From positions 5,044 to 69,043 of the forward strand of contig JBJLFK010000033.1 of assembly GCA_045565415.1 (NCBI GenBank): a DNA stretch of 64,000 nucleotides, read 5' to 3'. Under the pieces are notes generated by a model. It had not been told where the DNA came from, searched no databases, and was given only the letters and a program-made list of their open reading frames with translations. The position numbers were made by a program, and so were the translations under genes. This DNA is from Alphaproteobacteria bacterium. Its GTDB lineage: Bacteria; Pseudomonadota; Alphaproteobacteria; MED-G09. This document shows, in pieces, positions 40,911 through 52,501 of this stretch. Within the stretch, counting starts at the first letter, position 1; the number at the start of each line of letters is the position of its first letter.

Positions 40911-41993
40911 ATGAAAAAAAAACTTAATCCTAAAATTAATAGAAGAATTCTTCTCTTAGGAATCTTAACTTCTCTTTTTTTTAATGCTTTGCCATTTGAA
41001 AAATTATATTCCACTCCAAAATATGTAAATAAAATTGCGCTTGGGGCTTGCATTACTCAAGAAAAAAAACAGCCTATATGGAAAAGTATACTTAAAGATA
41101 GATCAGATATTTTTATTTTTATGGGAGATAATGTTTATGGTGATGATAGAGTTACAGGAAAATTAGACAAATTAAGCAAAGCCTATAAAAAACAAAAAAC
41201 AAAAATTCCTTTCACAAAACTAGAGGAAACTAATGAAGTATATGCAATTTGGGATGATCACGATTATGGTAAAAATGATGGCGGTGCTGATTATCAATAT
41301 AAAAAAGGAGCTAAAAATCTATTTCTTGATTTTTGGAATATTTCTTTAAATGATCCAAGAAGAAATAGAGAAGGTATTTATTTCGAAACAAAAAAAGTAA
41401 CAAAAAAAGGTCTCTTACAAATAATTTTTCTTGATACAAGATACTTTAGATCGCCCCTTAAACGGACAGATGAGAGAGGAGCTCCTGGAAAAGAGCGCTA
41501 TTTACCTGATAATAGTCCTAATAAAACTCTAATTGGCAATGAACAATGGGAATGGTTATCAAATAAATTGGATGAAAATGCAGATATTCGAATAATTGCT
41601 TCTAGTATTCAAATTATTGCAGAGGGTCATGGCTTTGAGAAATGGGGTAATCTGCCAAAAGAAAAGGAGAGGCTGTATAACCTTATTGATTCAAAAAATA
41701 TTAAAAATATAATTTTTTTATCTGGCGATAGACATGCTGGCGGAATTTATAAAGATAAAACCAAAAAAGGTACTAATTTATATGAAATTACCTCTAGTTC
41801 ACTAAATCTTCCAGGCGCTGCATGGGTTACAAAATATAAAGGTAAAGATAGACCACCTGAACCAGGGCCTAATAGAATTAACTCTATGTATCTATGGGAA
41901 AATTATGGATTCATTGAATTTACTGAAAATAAAATTCATTTATCCTTAAAAGATATTAATGGAAAGCAAGTTAACTTTATCGAAATAAATTAA
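40911..41993 (+). CDS. PhoD-like phosphatase (alkaline phosphatase D family) with Tat-like signal
   Basis: 360 aa; the N-terminal KINRRILLLGILTSLFF resembles a twin-arginine signal. Metallophosphatase motifs are present (…GDNVYGDD…, …WDDHDYGKND…, …GDRHAG…). Confidence 0.75.
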   Translation: MKKKLNPKINRRILLLGILTSLFFNALPFEKLYSTPKYVNKIALGACITQEKKQPIWKSILKDRSDIFIFMGDNVYGDDRVTGKLDKLSKAYKKQKTKIPFTKLEETNEVYAIWDDHDYGKNDGGADYQYKKGAKNLFLDFWNISLNDPRRNREGIYFETKKVTKKGLLQIIFLDTRYFRSPLKRTDERGAPGKERYLPDNSPNKTLIGNEQWEWLSNKLDENADIRIIASSIQIIAEGHGFEKWGNLPKEKERLYNLIDSKNIKNIIFLSGDRHAGGIYKDKTKKGTNLYEITSSSLNLPGAAWVTKYKGKDRPPEPGPNRINSMYLWENYGFIEFTENKIHLSLKDINGKQVNFIEIN

Positions 41994-43219
41994 CGCCCAC
42001 TTGGTAATTCATTAAACGGTACAGCTTTATCAACTCTTACATCTTGAGGAAGGCCAAGAACTCTTTCTGCAACGATGTTTCTGAGTATCTCATCTGTTCC
42101 ACCGGCAATTCTATAACCAGCGGCACTTAACCATTGGCTTTGAAATATTGAATGCAGTAAAGCAATTTCTGAATCATTAATTATTCCAGCAGCTCCTTGA
42201 AGATCCATAGCAAATGAAGCAAGATCCTGCATTTTAGGTGCCGAAACTATTTTACCAATTGAACTTTCTGGCCCTGGAGTTTCACCCTTTGATAAAGCAG
42301 TTAAAGTCCTCATTTTTGTATATTTAAGACCCTCAGCCTGAATATACCAATCAGCTATTTTTGACCTAACTAAATCGTTTTTAATTGCTGGTTGATCATT
42401 TAAATCAACCTCTTTTGCTGCTCTAGTAAGTGAGCTATAGTCTGCAGACTTAGGAACGCCAATTGCAAGTCTTTCATTCATTAAAGTTGTTAAAGCAACC
42501 TTCCACCCTTGCCCTACATCGCCTAATCTTTGAGAATCCGGTACCCTTACATCAGTAAAAAAGACCTCGTTAAAGTTTGCACCACCAGAAAGCTGTCTAA
42601 TAGGTTTAACTTCTATTCCTTCGGATTTCATATCAAGGAAGAAAAAAGATAACCCTTTATGTTTAGCAACATTTGGATCAGTTCTAACCACTATTATTCC
42701 AAAGTCAGAAAAATGCGCTCCTGAGGTCCATACTTTTTGACCATTAATAATCCAATCATCGCCATCTTTTTCAGCTTTAGTTCTAACACCGGCAACATCT
42801 GAACCTGCAGAAGGTTCTGAAAACAACTGGCACCATACTTCTTCGCCATAAAGAGCAGGTTTAACAAATCTTTCATTTTGCTCTTTTGTTGCCCATGCCA
42901 TCATTGTAGGAATGCACATTCCAAGACCAATTTCAAAAAAACCTGTTGGAACATTATATTTAGCCTCTTCCTGAGAGTATATAACTGATTGAATAGCTGT
43001 ACCGCCAAGACCGCCAAACTCTTTTGGCCATGTAATCGCTGCATATCCAGCTTCAGCCTTTTTAGCCTGCCAGTCTCTGGCTCGAGATAAGGCATCTTCT
43101 TGAACATCTATCGCATCATAGCGACCACCAACTTTTTCACCTTTTGAAGCATTTTCTTTTAGCCAAGTTTTTACTTCTTCTCTAAAATCTGCTTCTTCCT
43201 TAGTGTCATTAAAATCCAT
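41990..43219 (-). CDS. Acyl-CoA dehydrogenase family protein
   Basis: 409 aa; the ACAD N-terminal, middle beta-barrel and C-terminal domains are all recognisable (…CQLFSEPSAGSDVAG…). Confidence 0.8.
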   Translation of the reverse strand: MDFNDTKEEADFREEVKTWLKENASKGEKVGGRYDAIDVQEDALSRARDWQAKKAEAGYAAITWPKEFGGLGGTAIQSVIYSQEEAKYNVPTGFFEIGLGMCIPTMMAWATKEQNERFVKPALYGEEVWCQLFSEPSAGSDVAGVRTKAEKDGDDWIINGQKVWTSGAHFSDFGIIVVRTDPNVAKHKGLSFFFLDMKSEGIEVKPIRQLSGGANFNEVFFTDVRVPDSQRLGDVGQGWKVALTTLMNERLAIGVPKSADYSSLTRAAKEVDLNDQPAIKNDLVRSKIADWYIQAEGLKYTKMRTLTALSKGETPGPESSIGKIVSAPKMQDLASFAMDLQGAAGIINDSEIALLHSIFQSQWLSAAGYRIAGGTDEILRNIVAERVLGLPQDVRVDKAVPFNELPSGR

Positions 43220-43230
43220 AAATATTCTCC

Positions 43231-44349
43231 TTAACTAATATTTTTTTCTTCTAGCTGATTAACAAGTTTATTTTTCCAAGTAATTGAACTACCCAGAGCT
43301 AAACCAAGAACTTGACTTCTTCTATAAAAAAATTGTGTGTCTGCTTCCCAAGTAAAACCAATTCCACCATGTGTTTGAATACTCTCCTGAGCAGCAAAAT
43401 TATATGCATCTGTTGCAGCAACTCTGGATGCAGCGGCAGCAATTTTTAAGTCAGCGCCATCATCATTAAGCATCATTGCTCCATAATAACTATTTGATCT
43501 AGCTAATTCTATTTTTACATACATATCAGCCAATTTATGTTTGATTGCCTGGTAAGATCCAATTTGTCGTCCAAAGGCATATCTATCAAGGGCATAATCT
43601 TTTGCCATATTTAGAGAGGCTTCAGCGCCGCCTATTTGCTCAAAAGCCATTAAGACAGCAGCAGAGTTTAATATATTTTCAATAGCTCCCCAACCTTCAT
43701 CACCGGTATCCATAAGCTCTGCATCAGAATTTTCAAAAATAATTTCGGCATGATCTCTTGAAGGGTCCAATGTGCTAATTTGATTTCTTTTTACATTTTC
43801 AGAAGTTAAGTCAACTATCGTTAGAGCAATATGATCATTATCTGTATTTTTAACGACTACAATAGCAATATCTGAACAACTTCCATCTGCAACGGGAATT
43901 TTCCTTCCATTGATCTTTCCGTTAGAGAAAGTTGTTTTAATATTCTTTTCAGTTGGTTCTGAATTAGTTTCAGGGAGTGCAAAAGTAGAAATTAATTCAC
44001 CTACAGCCAATTTTGGTAACCATTTCTCTTTTTGACTATCTGTTCCATACTTAACTATAGCTTCAGTTCCTAGATAAACTGATGAAGAAAATGGAACTGG
44101 TGCTGCCGCTCTTCCTAATTCTTCAGCAACTACACACAATTCAAGAGCACCTAAACCTAGTCCACCATATTCTTCAGGAATTGCTGTTCCAGTTAAACCT
44201 AAATCTATTAAACCACGCCATACTTCCTCTGAGTATGTTTTATCGCTTTCAAGAATATCTCTAGCAACATCTAAAGAGCAATTATCAGATAAAAACTTAG
44301 AAACCTGCTCTTTAAGCATTTTCTGATCTTCTGAAAAATCGAAATTCAT
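43231..44349 (-). CDS. Acyl-CoA dehydrogenase family protein (second, paired)
   Basis: 372 aa with an ACAD fold (…QTHGGIGFTWE…) but no obvious Glu at the canonical YEGT catalytic-base position. Confidence 0.75.
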   Translation of the reverse strand: MNFDFSEDQKMLKEQVSKFLSDNCSLDVARDILESDKTYSEEVWRGLIDLGLTGTAIPEEYGGLGLGALELCVVAEELGRAAAPVPFSSSVYLGTEAIVKYGTDSQKEKWLPKLAVGELISTFALPETNSEPTEKNIKTTFSNGKINGRKIPVADGSCSDIAIVVVKNTDNDHIALTIVDLTSENVKRNQISTLDPSRDHAEIIFENSDAELMDTGDEGWGAIENILNSAAVLMAFEQIGGAEASLNMAKDYALDRYAFGRQIGSYQAIKHKLADMYVKIELARSNSYYGAMMLNDDGADLKIAAAASRVAATDAYNFAAQESIQTHGGIGFTWEADTQFFYRRSQVLGLALGSSITWKNKLVNQLEEKNIS

Positions 44350-44405
44350 AATTTTCGTCCTTAAAAAAATAATAATCTAAACAAAAATAACCAAAATAGC
44401 AAAAC

Positions 44406-45758
44406 TTAGAAACGACAATTCTCATATATTTTTGAAATGTCCTCATTCCAGTTATTTTTGAATTTTTTCATAAGGCTATTAGCAGGGTTTTCTTTAGCGA
44501 TAACAATATCTTCTAAATATTTTAGATAATAACTTTCATCCAGATTATTTTTATCTAAATTATTTCTTCTTATAAGGCCTTCTTTTGACAAAGATATAGC
44601 TTCAGATGCTAATTGATAAATATCTAGTTTGCCTAATCTAGAATGCAATCCTTTGCTGGGAACAATATTTCTTAATGCTACTAATTCTTCAGAAGATATA
44701 TTTTTTGTTAATTCTAAAGCTGCATTTAAAGAATTATTATCATACATTAATCCTACCCAAAAAGCCGATAATGCACATACATGATTTATATTACCTGCAT
44801 CAGCACCTCTCATTTCAATAAATTTTTTTAACCTGGCTTCGGGAAAAATTGTTGTTAAATGAAGCTCCCAATCATCAATAGTTGGATAAAAGTCTTTTAC
44901 CTCCTCAATTTTTCCATTAATAAAATCATCAAAGGTATGGCCAGTTAAATTAATGTATTCTCCGTTTCTGTAAATAAAGTACATCGGGACTTTCATAGCA
45001 TAGTCTACATATTGCTCATAACTCATACCATCATCAAAAATAAAAGTTAAAATACCTGTTCTATCTGGATCAGTGTCTTTCCAAACTTCGCTTCTATATG
45101 AACTAAAGCCATTAAGAGAATTTTCACTAAATGGTGAGTTAGAAAATAAAGCTGTTGCAACAGGTTGAAGAAGAAATGAAAGCCTTAATTTCTTAACCAT
45201 ATCCAATTCTGATGAATAATCTAAGTTAACCTGTGAAGTACATGACCTTAACATCATATCAAGTCCGTGATCACCTTTAGTAGGCATATAACTCCTCATT
45301 ATATCGTAACGCTTTTTTGGCATTATAGGCATTTCATCTCTAGACCAGTCAGGGGTAAAGCCTATAGCTAAAAAATCTAATCCCATTTTTTCTCCGACAT
45401 TTGATAATTGATTTTTATGCTCAACTAACTCAAAGAATGTTTCATGAACAGTATCTAACATAGCTCCGGAGAGTTCGAACTGACCCGCTGGCTCAAGAGT
45501 TATTGAACCTCCGCCTAATTGATTATCCCGAGTGAGCGCAATGACATTTCCATTTTCATAAACTGGTTTCCATCCATATTCTTCAAAATTCTCAAGAAGA
45601 CTTCGAATACCATTCTTACCTTCATATGAAATTGGTTTGTTTGTATCAATTTTGAATGGGAATTTCTCATGCTCTGTTCCAATCTTAAAATCTGATGGGT
45701 TTTTTTCACCCTCAGCTATATAGCTAATTAATTGATCTTTTGATTCGATTCTTTCCAT
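44406..45758 (-). CDS. gshA: Glutamate--cysteine ligase, plant/alphaproteobacterial type (GCS2 family)
   Basis: 450 aa; the N-terminus …GTEHEKFPF… and overall length match the plant-type GSH1 family. Confidence 0.8.
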   Translation of the reverse strand: MERIESKDQLISYIAEGEKNPSDFKIGTEHEKFPFKIDTNKPISYEGKNGIRSLLENFEEYGWKPVYENGNVIALTRDNQLGGGSITLEPAGQFELSGAMLDTVHETFFELVEHKNQLSNVGEKMGLDFLAIGFTPDWSRDEMPIMPKKRYDIMRSYMPTKGDHGLDMMLRSCTSQVNLDYSSELDMVKKLRLSFLLQPVATALFSNSPFSENSLNGFSSYRSEVWKDTDPDRTGILTFIFDDGMSYEQYVDYAMKVPMYFIYRNGEYINLTGHTFDDFINGKIEEVKDFYPTIDDWELHLTTIFPEARLKKFIEMRGADAGNINHVCALSAFWVGLMYDNNSLNAALELTKNISSEELVALRNIVPSKGLHSRLGKLDIYQLASEAISLSKEGLIRRNNLDKNNLDESYYLKYLEDIVIAKENPANSLMKKFKNNWNEDISKIYENCRF

Positions 45759-45789
45759 TCTATTTTTTAGTTAATTTTCGCCTATAAAG

Positions 45790-46530
45790 CTATACCCAAT
45801 CACCTAGGGTTGAATGAAAAAGAGATAATGAACTAACTATAGCAGTATCAGATCTTAAAATTCTTGGTCCAAGTGAAATAATACTTAAATTTTTAATATT
45901 ATTAATCTTTTCTCTTTCTTTATCGCTAAAACCACCCTCTGGACCAACAAGAATAGCCCATTTATTTGATTTGTTTATCTTTTTAATGGACTCAAGTTGT
46001 TTTTTTGGATTATTTTCACATTTTTCATCACAAAATATTAAGGTTCGTTCAGAATCTATATGATCCCAATTATCAATGATATATTCAAGATTTTCTATCT
46101 TATTAACCTTTGGAATAAATGTTAAACCGCACTGTTCAGCAGCCTCAATAGCATTAGACAAAATTTTAGATTGCTTGATGGATTTATATTGAGTTCTCTC
46201 CGTAAGAATTGGCCAAATAACTCTAGCACCTAATTCAGTTATTTTTTGAGCAATAAAATCGACTCTTAATTTTTTAACTGGCGCGAAAAGTATCCAAATA
46301 TCACTAGGCTTATCCTTAATGCCAATTTCTTTTAATGTTTTAACTTTTGATATTTTCTTATTTAATTCAAGAAGCTCAACAACCCACTCACCATCATTTT
46401 CATTAAAAATATTAAAATTATCTCCGATATTTAATCGCATAACATTTTTAATATAGTGAGTTTGAGATTGATCTAACTCTATAAACCCATTTGTTATTTT
46501 TTTATTTATATAAACTCGTATAATTTTCAT
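45790..46530 (-). CDS. rsmE: 16S rRNA (uracil1498-N3)-methyltransferase
   Basis: 246 aa with a PUA-like N-terminus and a SPOUT methyltransferase C-terminus (…LVGPEGGFS…). Confidence 0.75.
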   Translation of the reverse strand: MKIIRVYINKKITNGFIELDQSQTHYIKNVMRLNIGDNFNIFNENDGEWVVELLELNKKISKVKTLKEIGIKDKPSDIWILFAPVKKLRVDFIAQKITELGARVIWPILTERTQYKSIKQSKILSNAIEAAEQCGLTFIPKVNKIENLEYIIDNWDHIDSERTLIFCDEKCENNPKKQLESIKKINKSNKWAILVGPEGGFSDKEREKINNIKNLSIISLGPRILRSDTAIVSSLSLFHSTLGDWV

Positions 46531-46593
46531 ATTTCAATATTATAAAGTAAAAGATAAATGTTAGGTAACTCTAAGAAAATTAAATAACAAATT

Positions 46594-48607
<2,014 letters not shown>

Positions 48608-48674
48608 TTATATTTGGTCAACAAAATATATTCCAAGAATTATTATTTGATTCAATTATCTATATGTTGAGTCA

Positions 48675-49289
48675 TTAGTCCGCTGAAAGACTCAATATCT
48701 TGCGAATGGGAGAAAATGATTTTCTATGGTATTTTGTTACACCATGAGCATTTAATGCATTTTGGTGATCTTTTGTTCCATATCCCTTATTTTTTTTCCA
48801 TTTATATTCTGGGTGTTCGTTATCGATATTTAACATAAATTTGTCTCTTTCAACTTTAGCAATTATTGATGCTGCAGCAATTGACATTGAGATGCTGTCA
48901 CCTTTTATTATACTTTCATGAGGAATATTAAAACTTGGACTCAAATTCCCATCTACAAGAATGTAATCAGGCTTTATAATAAGGTTTTCTAATGCTCTTC
49001 GCATAGAAAGAAATGTAGCCTCGAGGATATTTAATTGGTCTATTTCATCTGGTGAAGCGAAACCTATACCATATTTATGATTTATAAGGATTTCTTCATA
49101 TAGCTCTATACGTTTTTTTTCAGAAATTTTTTTAGAGTCATTTATACCCTCAGGTATACAGTTCCTATTTAAAATAACGATTGCTGAATAAACTGGTCCA
49201 GCCCAAGGACCTCTTCCCGCCTCATCTACACCAGCAATATTACTAAAATCTAATTGTCTTTTTTTATCCTCAACAGAAAAATCGGGCAC
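48675..49289 (-). CDS. rnhB: Ribonuclease HII
   Basis: 204 aa with the active-site motif DEAGRGPWAGPV. Confidence 0.9.
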   Translation of the reverse strand: MPDFSVEDKKRQLDFSNIAGVDEAGRGPWAGPVYSAIVILNRNCIPEGINDSKKISEKKRIELYEEILINHKYGIGFASPDEIDQLNILEATFLSMRRALENLIIKPDYILVDGNLSPSFNIPHESIIKGDSISMSIAAASIIAKVERDKFMLNIDNEHPEYKWKKNKGYGTKDHQNALNAHGVTKYHRKSFSPIRKILSLSAD

Positions 49290-50785
49290 TACTCTGCTGC
49301 AATTACATCATTCTTTTGCCATCTTAAAACTGGATTTCTTGCGGCTTTCGTTTCATCTAATCTTCTAATGGGAGTATAAATTGGCGCCTTCTTAAAGAAT
49401 TCTTCTCCATCTTGAGTTTTTGAGGCTAATTCCCTAATAGTTTCAATAAATTGGTCAATAGAATTCTTTGACTCAGTTTCTGTTGGTTCGACTAGCAATG
49501 CTCCATGAACAACAAGCGGGAAATATATTGTCATTGGATGATAACCTTTATCTATTAAAGCCTTTGCAAAATCAATTGTCTCAACACCCGTTCCACTTAA
49601 AAAATCGTCATTGAATAATACTTCATGCATACAATATCCTTCATAAGCAGGCGTTAAAATATCCTCTAATGAAGATTTAATATAATTTGCATTCAGAACT
49701 GCGTCTTCTGAAACTTGCCTTAAACCGTCAGAACCATGACTCATCATGTAAGATAAGGCTCTAACGAACATTCCCATTTGGCCATGAAAAACACAAAGCC
49801 GACCAAAAGATTTATCAATATCTTTATCATTATGATTTTCAACTAAATAATAATTATCTTCATCCTTTTTTAAAAGTGGAGCTGGACAAAATTCCTTTAA
49901 AATATCAGAGAAAACAACTGGACCAGATCCTGGTCCACCTCCGCCATGAGGTGTAGAAAATGTTTTATGTAAATTTATATGCATAGCATCAATACCTAAA
50001 TCACCAGGCCTAACTTTGCCAACTAGGGCATTAAAGTTGGCTCCGTCGCAATACAAATAACCACCTGCATCATGAATGTAATTTGCTATTTCAATAATTT
50101 CGTCCTCAAAAAGACCGCATGTATTTGGATTTGTAATCATTGCTGCAGCAAAGTTTTTATCTACATTTTCTTTAAAATCATCAAAATTCAATCTACCATT
50201 TTTATCAGATTTTATTGTTACAACATCAAAACCTAAAAAAGCAGCAGTTGCAGGATTAGTACCGTGAGCAGAATCAGGAACCAAAACCTTAGTTCGATGA
50301 CACTCATTTCTTGCTTCTATTGCTTTTTTAATTGCAAGCATTCCACAAAGCTCACCTTGAGCGCCAGCTTTTGGAGTCATAGTAACAGCTTTCATTCCTG
50401 TTAATTCTTTTAACCAAATCGAAATTTCATCTATAAGTTCAAGAGCACCTTGACATGTTGATAAGGGTTGAAGTGGATGAACTTCAGAAAATCCTTTTAA
50501 TCTTGCCAATTTCTCATTTAGTCTTGGATTATGCTTCATTGTGCATGAACCTAAAGGATAAAGACCTGCATCAATTGAATAGTTCTTTCTTGATAATCTA
50601 ACATAATGTCTAATTGACTCAGGCTCGCTTAATCCAGGTAAACCAATTTCTCGATCCTCAAAACAATCACCAATAAAATTTTCTTCAAATGTTGGTTCAT
50701 TAAGATCAACTCCAGTTTTATCCATACCACCAATTTCAAACAATATTGGTTCATCGTGATTTAGACCTTTATTCGAATTTTTCAT
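49289..50785 (-). CDS. gcvPB: Glycine dehydrogenase (decarboxylating) subunit 2
   Basis: 498 aa with a PLP-dependent fold (…INLHKTFSTPHGGGGPG…). Confidence 0.9.
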   Translation of the reverse strand: MKNSNKGLNHDEPILFEIGGMDKTGVDLNEPTFEENFIGDCFEDREIGLPGLSEPESIRHYVRLSRKNYSIDAGLYPLGSCTMKHNPRLNEKLARLKGFSEVHPLQPLSTCQGALELIDEISIWLKELTGMKAVTMTPKAGAQGELCGMLAIKKAIEARNECHRTKVLVPDSAHGTNPATAAFLGFDVVTIKSDKNGRLNFDDFKENVDKNFAAAMITNPNTCGLFEDEIIEIANYIHDAGGYLYCDGANFNALVGKVRPGDLGIDAMHINLHKTFSTPHGGGGPGSGPVVFSDILKEFCPAPLLKKDEDNYYLVENHNDKDIDKSFGRLCVFHGQMGMFVRALSYMMSHGSDGLRQVSEDAVLNANYIKSSLEDILTPAYEGYCMHEVLFNDDFLSGTGVETIDFAKALIDKGYHPMTIYFPLVVHGALLVEPTETESKNSIDQFIETIRELASKTQDGEEFFKKAPIYTPIRRLDETKAARNPVLRWQKNDVIAAE

Positions 50786-52128
50786 CTTAAAACCTCATTT
50801 GCTGATTCAATATATGAATTCATATCATCTTCTGTATTAGTTTCCGTGCTAGCAACCACGATAAAATTATCTAATTCTTTATTATTATTAATCAATCTTG
50901 ATACCGGTATACCTGCTAGAACACCTTTTTCTGCCATTCTATCAACAAATACTTCGCCTTTAATTGGTAGTTCGATAGTAAATTCATTAAAAAAACTTTT
51001 GTTTAACAATTTAACTTCTGGGATTTTTAATATTTTTTCTTTCAAATTTAATGCTGATTCATGATTAAGCCTTGAAAGCCTCTTAAAGCCTTTCTCACCA
51101 AGAAGTGTTAAGTGAATTGTAAATGCCAGACTGCATAGTCCTGAATTTGTACAAATATTTGATGTAGCCTTTTCTCTTCGAATATGTTGCTCTCTTGCTG
51201 ACAATGTTAATACGAAACCTTTTTTTCCATCAACATCCTCAGACTCTCCAACAATCCTTCCAGGGATTTGTCTTAAATATTTATTCTTGGTTGATAACAA
51301 GCCTACATATGGTCCTCCAAAATTCATAGGATTCCCAAGGGATTGACCTTCGCATGCGACAATATCAGCACCCATTGAACCTGGAGATTTCATCATTCCT
51401 AATGATAAAACTTCAGTTACAACAACAATAAGTAATGCTCCCTTACTTTGAACAAATTTTGCTAATGATGATAAATCGTAACAAGAACCAAAAAAGTCAG
51501 GATTTTGAACGACTACACAAGCAGTATTATCATCAACCTCATTGAATAAATGATCAATCTCGATAGAAAATTTTCTATTGTAAACAAAATCGGTATCTTT
51601 AATTCCAGATACAGTTTTGATAACATCTGCATAATGGGGGTGGATCGTATTTGATAAAATAACCCCATTTCTTTTAGTTATTCTTTTCGCCATTGATACT
51701 GCTTCAGCAGCAGCGGTTGAACCGTCATACATAGATGCATTAGAAATATCCATGCCAGTTAAAAGAGATACCTGAGTTTGAAATTCATATAAATATTGCA
51801 ATGTACCCTGCGATATTTCTGGTTGATATGGGGTATATGAAGTCAAAAATTCGGACCTCTGAATAATATGATCTACACTTGCAGGAATATGATGTTTGTA
51901 TGATCCACCGCCTATAAAAAAACTACTATTATCTGCGTGAAGATTTTTATCAGACAAAAGAGATAAATGCTTTTCTACTTCCATTTCGGTTTTATGATTA
52001 GGTAAATTAAATTTTGGATTAATACTTACTTTTTCAGCAATATTGGAAAAAAGTTCATCAATGTTATTTGCTCCAATAGTGCTTAACATTTCTTCTCTAT
52101 CATTTTTAGTTAATGGTAAATATCTCAT
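50782..52128 (-). CDS. gcvPA: Glycine dehydrogenase (decarboxylating) subunit 1
   Basis: 448 aa at the position between gcvH and gcvPB; it overlaps gcvPB by 4 nt. Confidence 0.9.
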   Translation of the reverse strand: MRYLPLTKNDREEMLSTIGANNIDELFSNIAEKVSINPKFNLPNHKTEMEVEKHLSLLSDKNLHADNSSFFIGGGSYKHHIPASVDHIIQRSEFLTSYTPYQPEISQGTLQYLYEFQTQVSLLTGMDISNASMYDGSTAAAEAVSMAKRITKRNGVILSNTIHPHYADVIKTVSGIKDTDFVYNRKFSIEIDHLFNEVDDNTACVVVQNPDFFGSCYDLSSLAKFVQSKGALLIVVVTEVLSLGMMKSPGSMGADIVACEGQSLGNPMNFGGPYVGLLSTKNKYLRQIPGRIVGESEDVDGKKGFVLTLSAREQHIRREKATSNICTNSGLCSLAFTIHLTLLGEKGFKRLSRLNHESALNLKEKILKIPEVKLLNKSFFNEFTIELPIKGEVFVDRMAEKGVLAGIPVSRLINNNKELDNFIVVASTETNTEDDMNSYIESANEVLR

Positions 52129-52500
52129 TTAATCACCTATATGTTTCTTGTATTCTTCTTCAGACATAAGCCCTGAAAGCTCGTCATTATTAGAAATTTT
52201 AATTTCATAAAACCAACCCTTACCAACAGGGTCTTCATTTACTATTTCTGGAGTTGAGTTTAGATCTTCATTGGATTTTATTACAGTGCCAGAAACTGGT
52301 GAATATATTTCACTTGCTGCTTTTACAGATTCAACAACAGCAATATCTTTTCCAATTTCTGCAGTTATACCTTCTTCTGGCAGTTCAACAAAAACAATAT
52401 CTCCCAGTTGCTCACTTGCATATACAGTAATACCAACAACACCAATATTATCTTCTACTTTTATCCATTCATGATCCTTAGTAAAATAAATCTCAGCCAT
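52129..52500 (-). CDS. gcvH: Glycine cleavage system H protein
   Basis: The protein from the internal Met (MAEIYFTKDHEWIKV…) carries the lipoyl-lysine motif ESVKAASEIYSPVSG. The track ORF is over-extended; the ATG at 52498-52500 is 1 nt after the gcvT stop. Confidence 0.9.
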   Translation of the reverse strand: MAEIYFTKDHEWIKVEDNIGVVGITVYASEQLGDIVFVELPEEGITAEIGKDIAVVESVKAASEIYSPVSGTVIKSNEDLNSTPEIVNEDPVGKGWFYEIKISNNDELSGLMSEEEYKKHIGD

Positions 52501-52501
52501 T

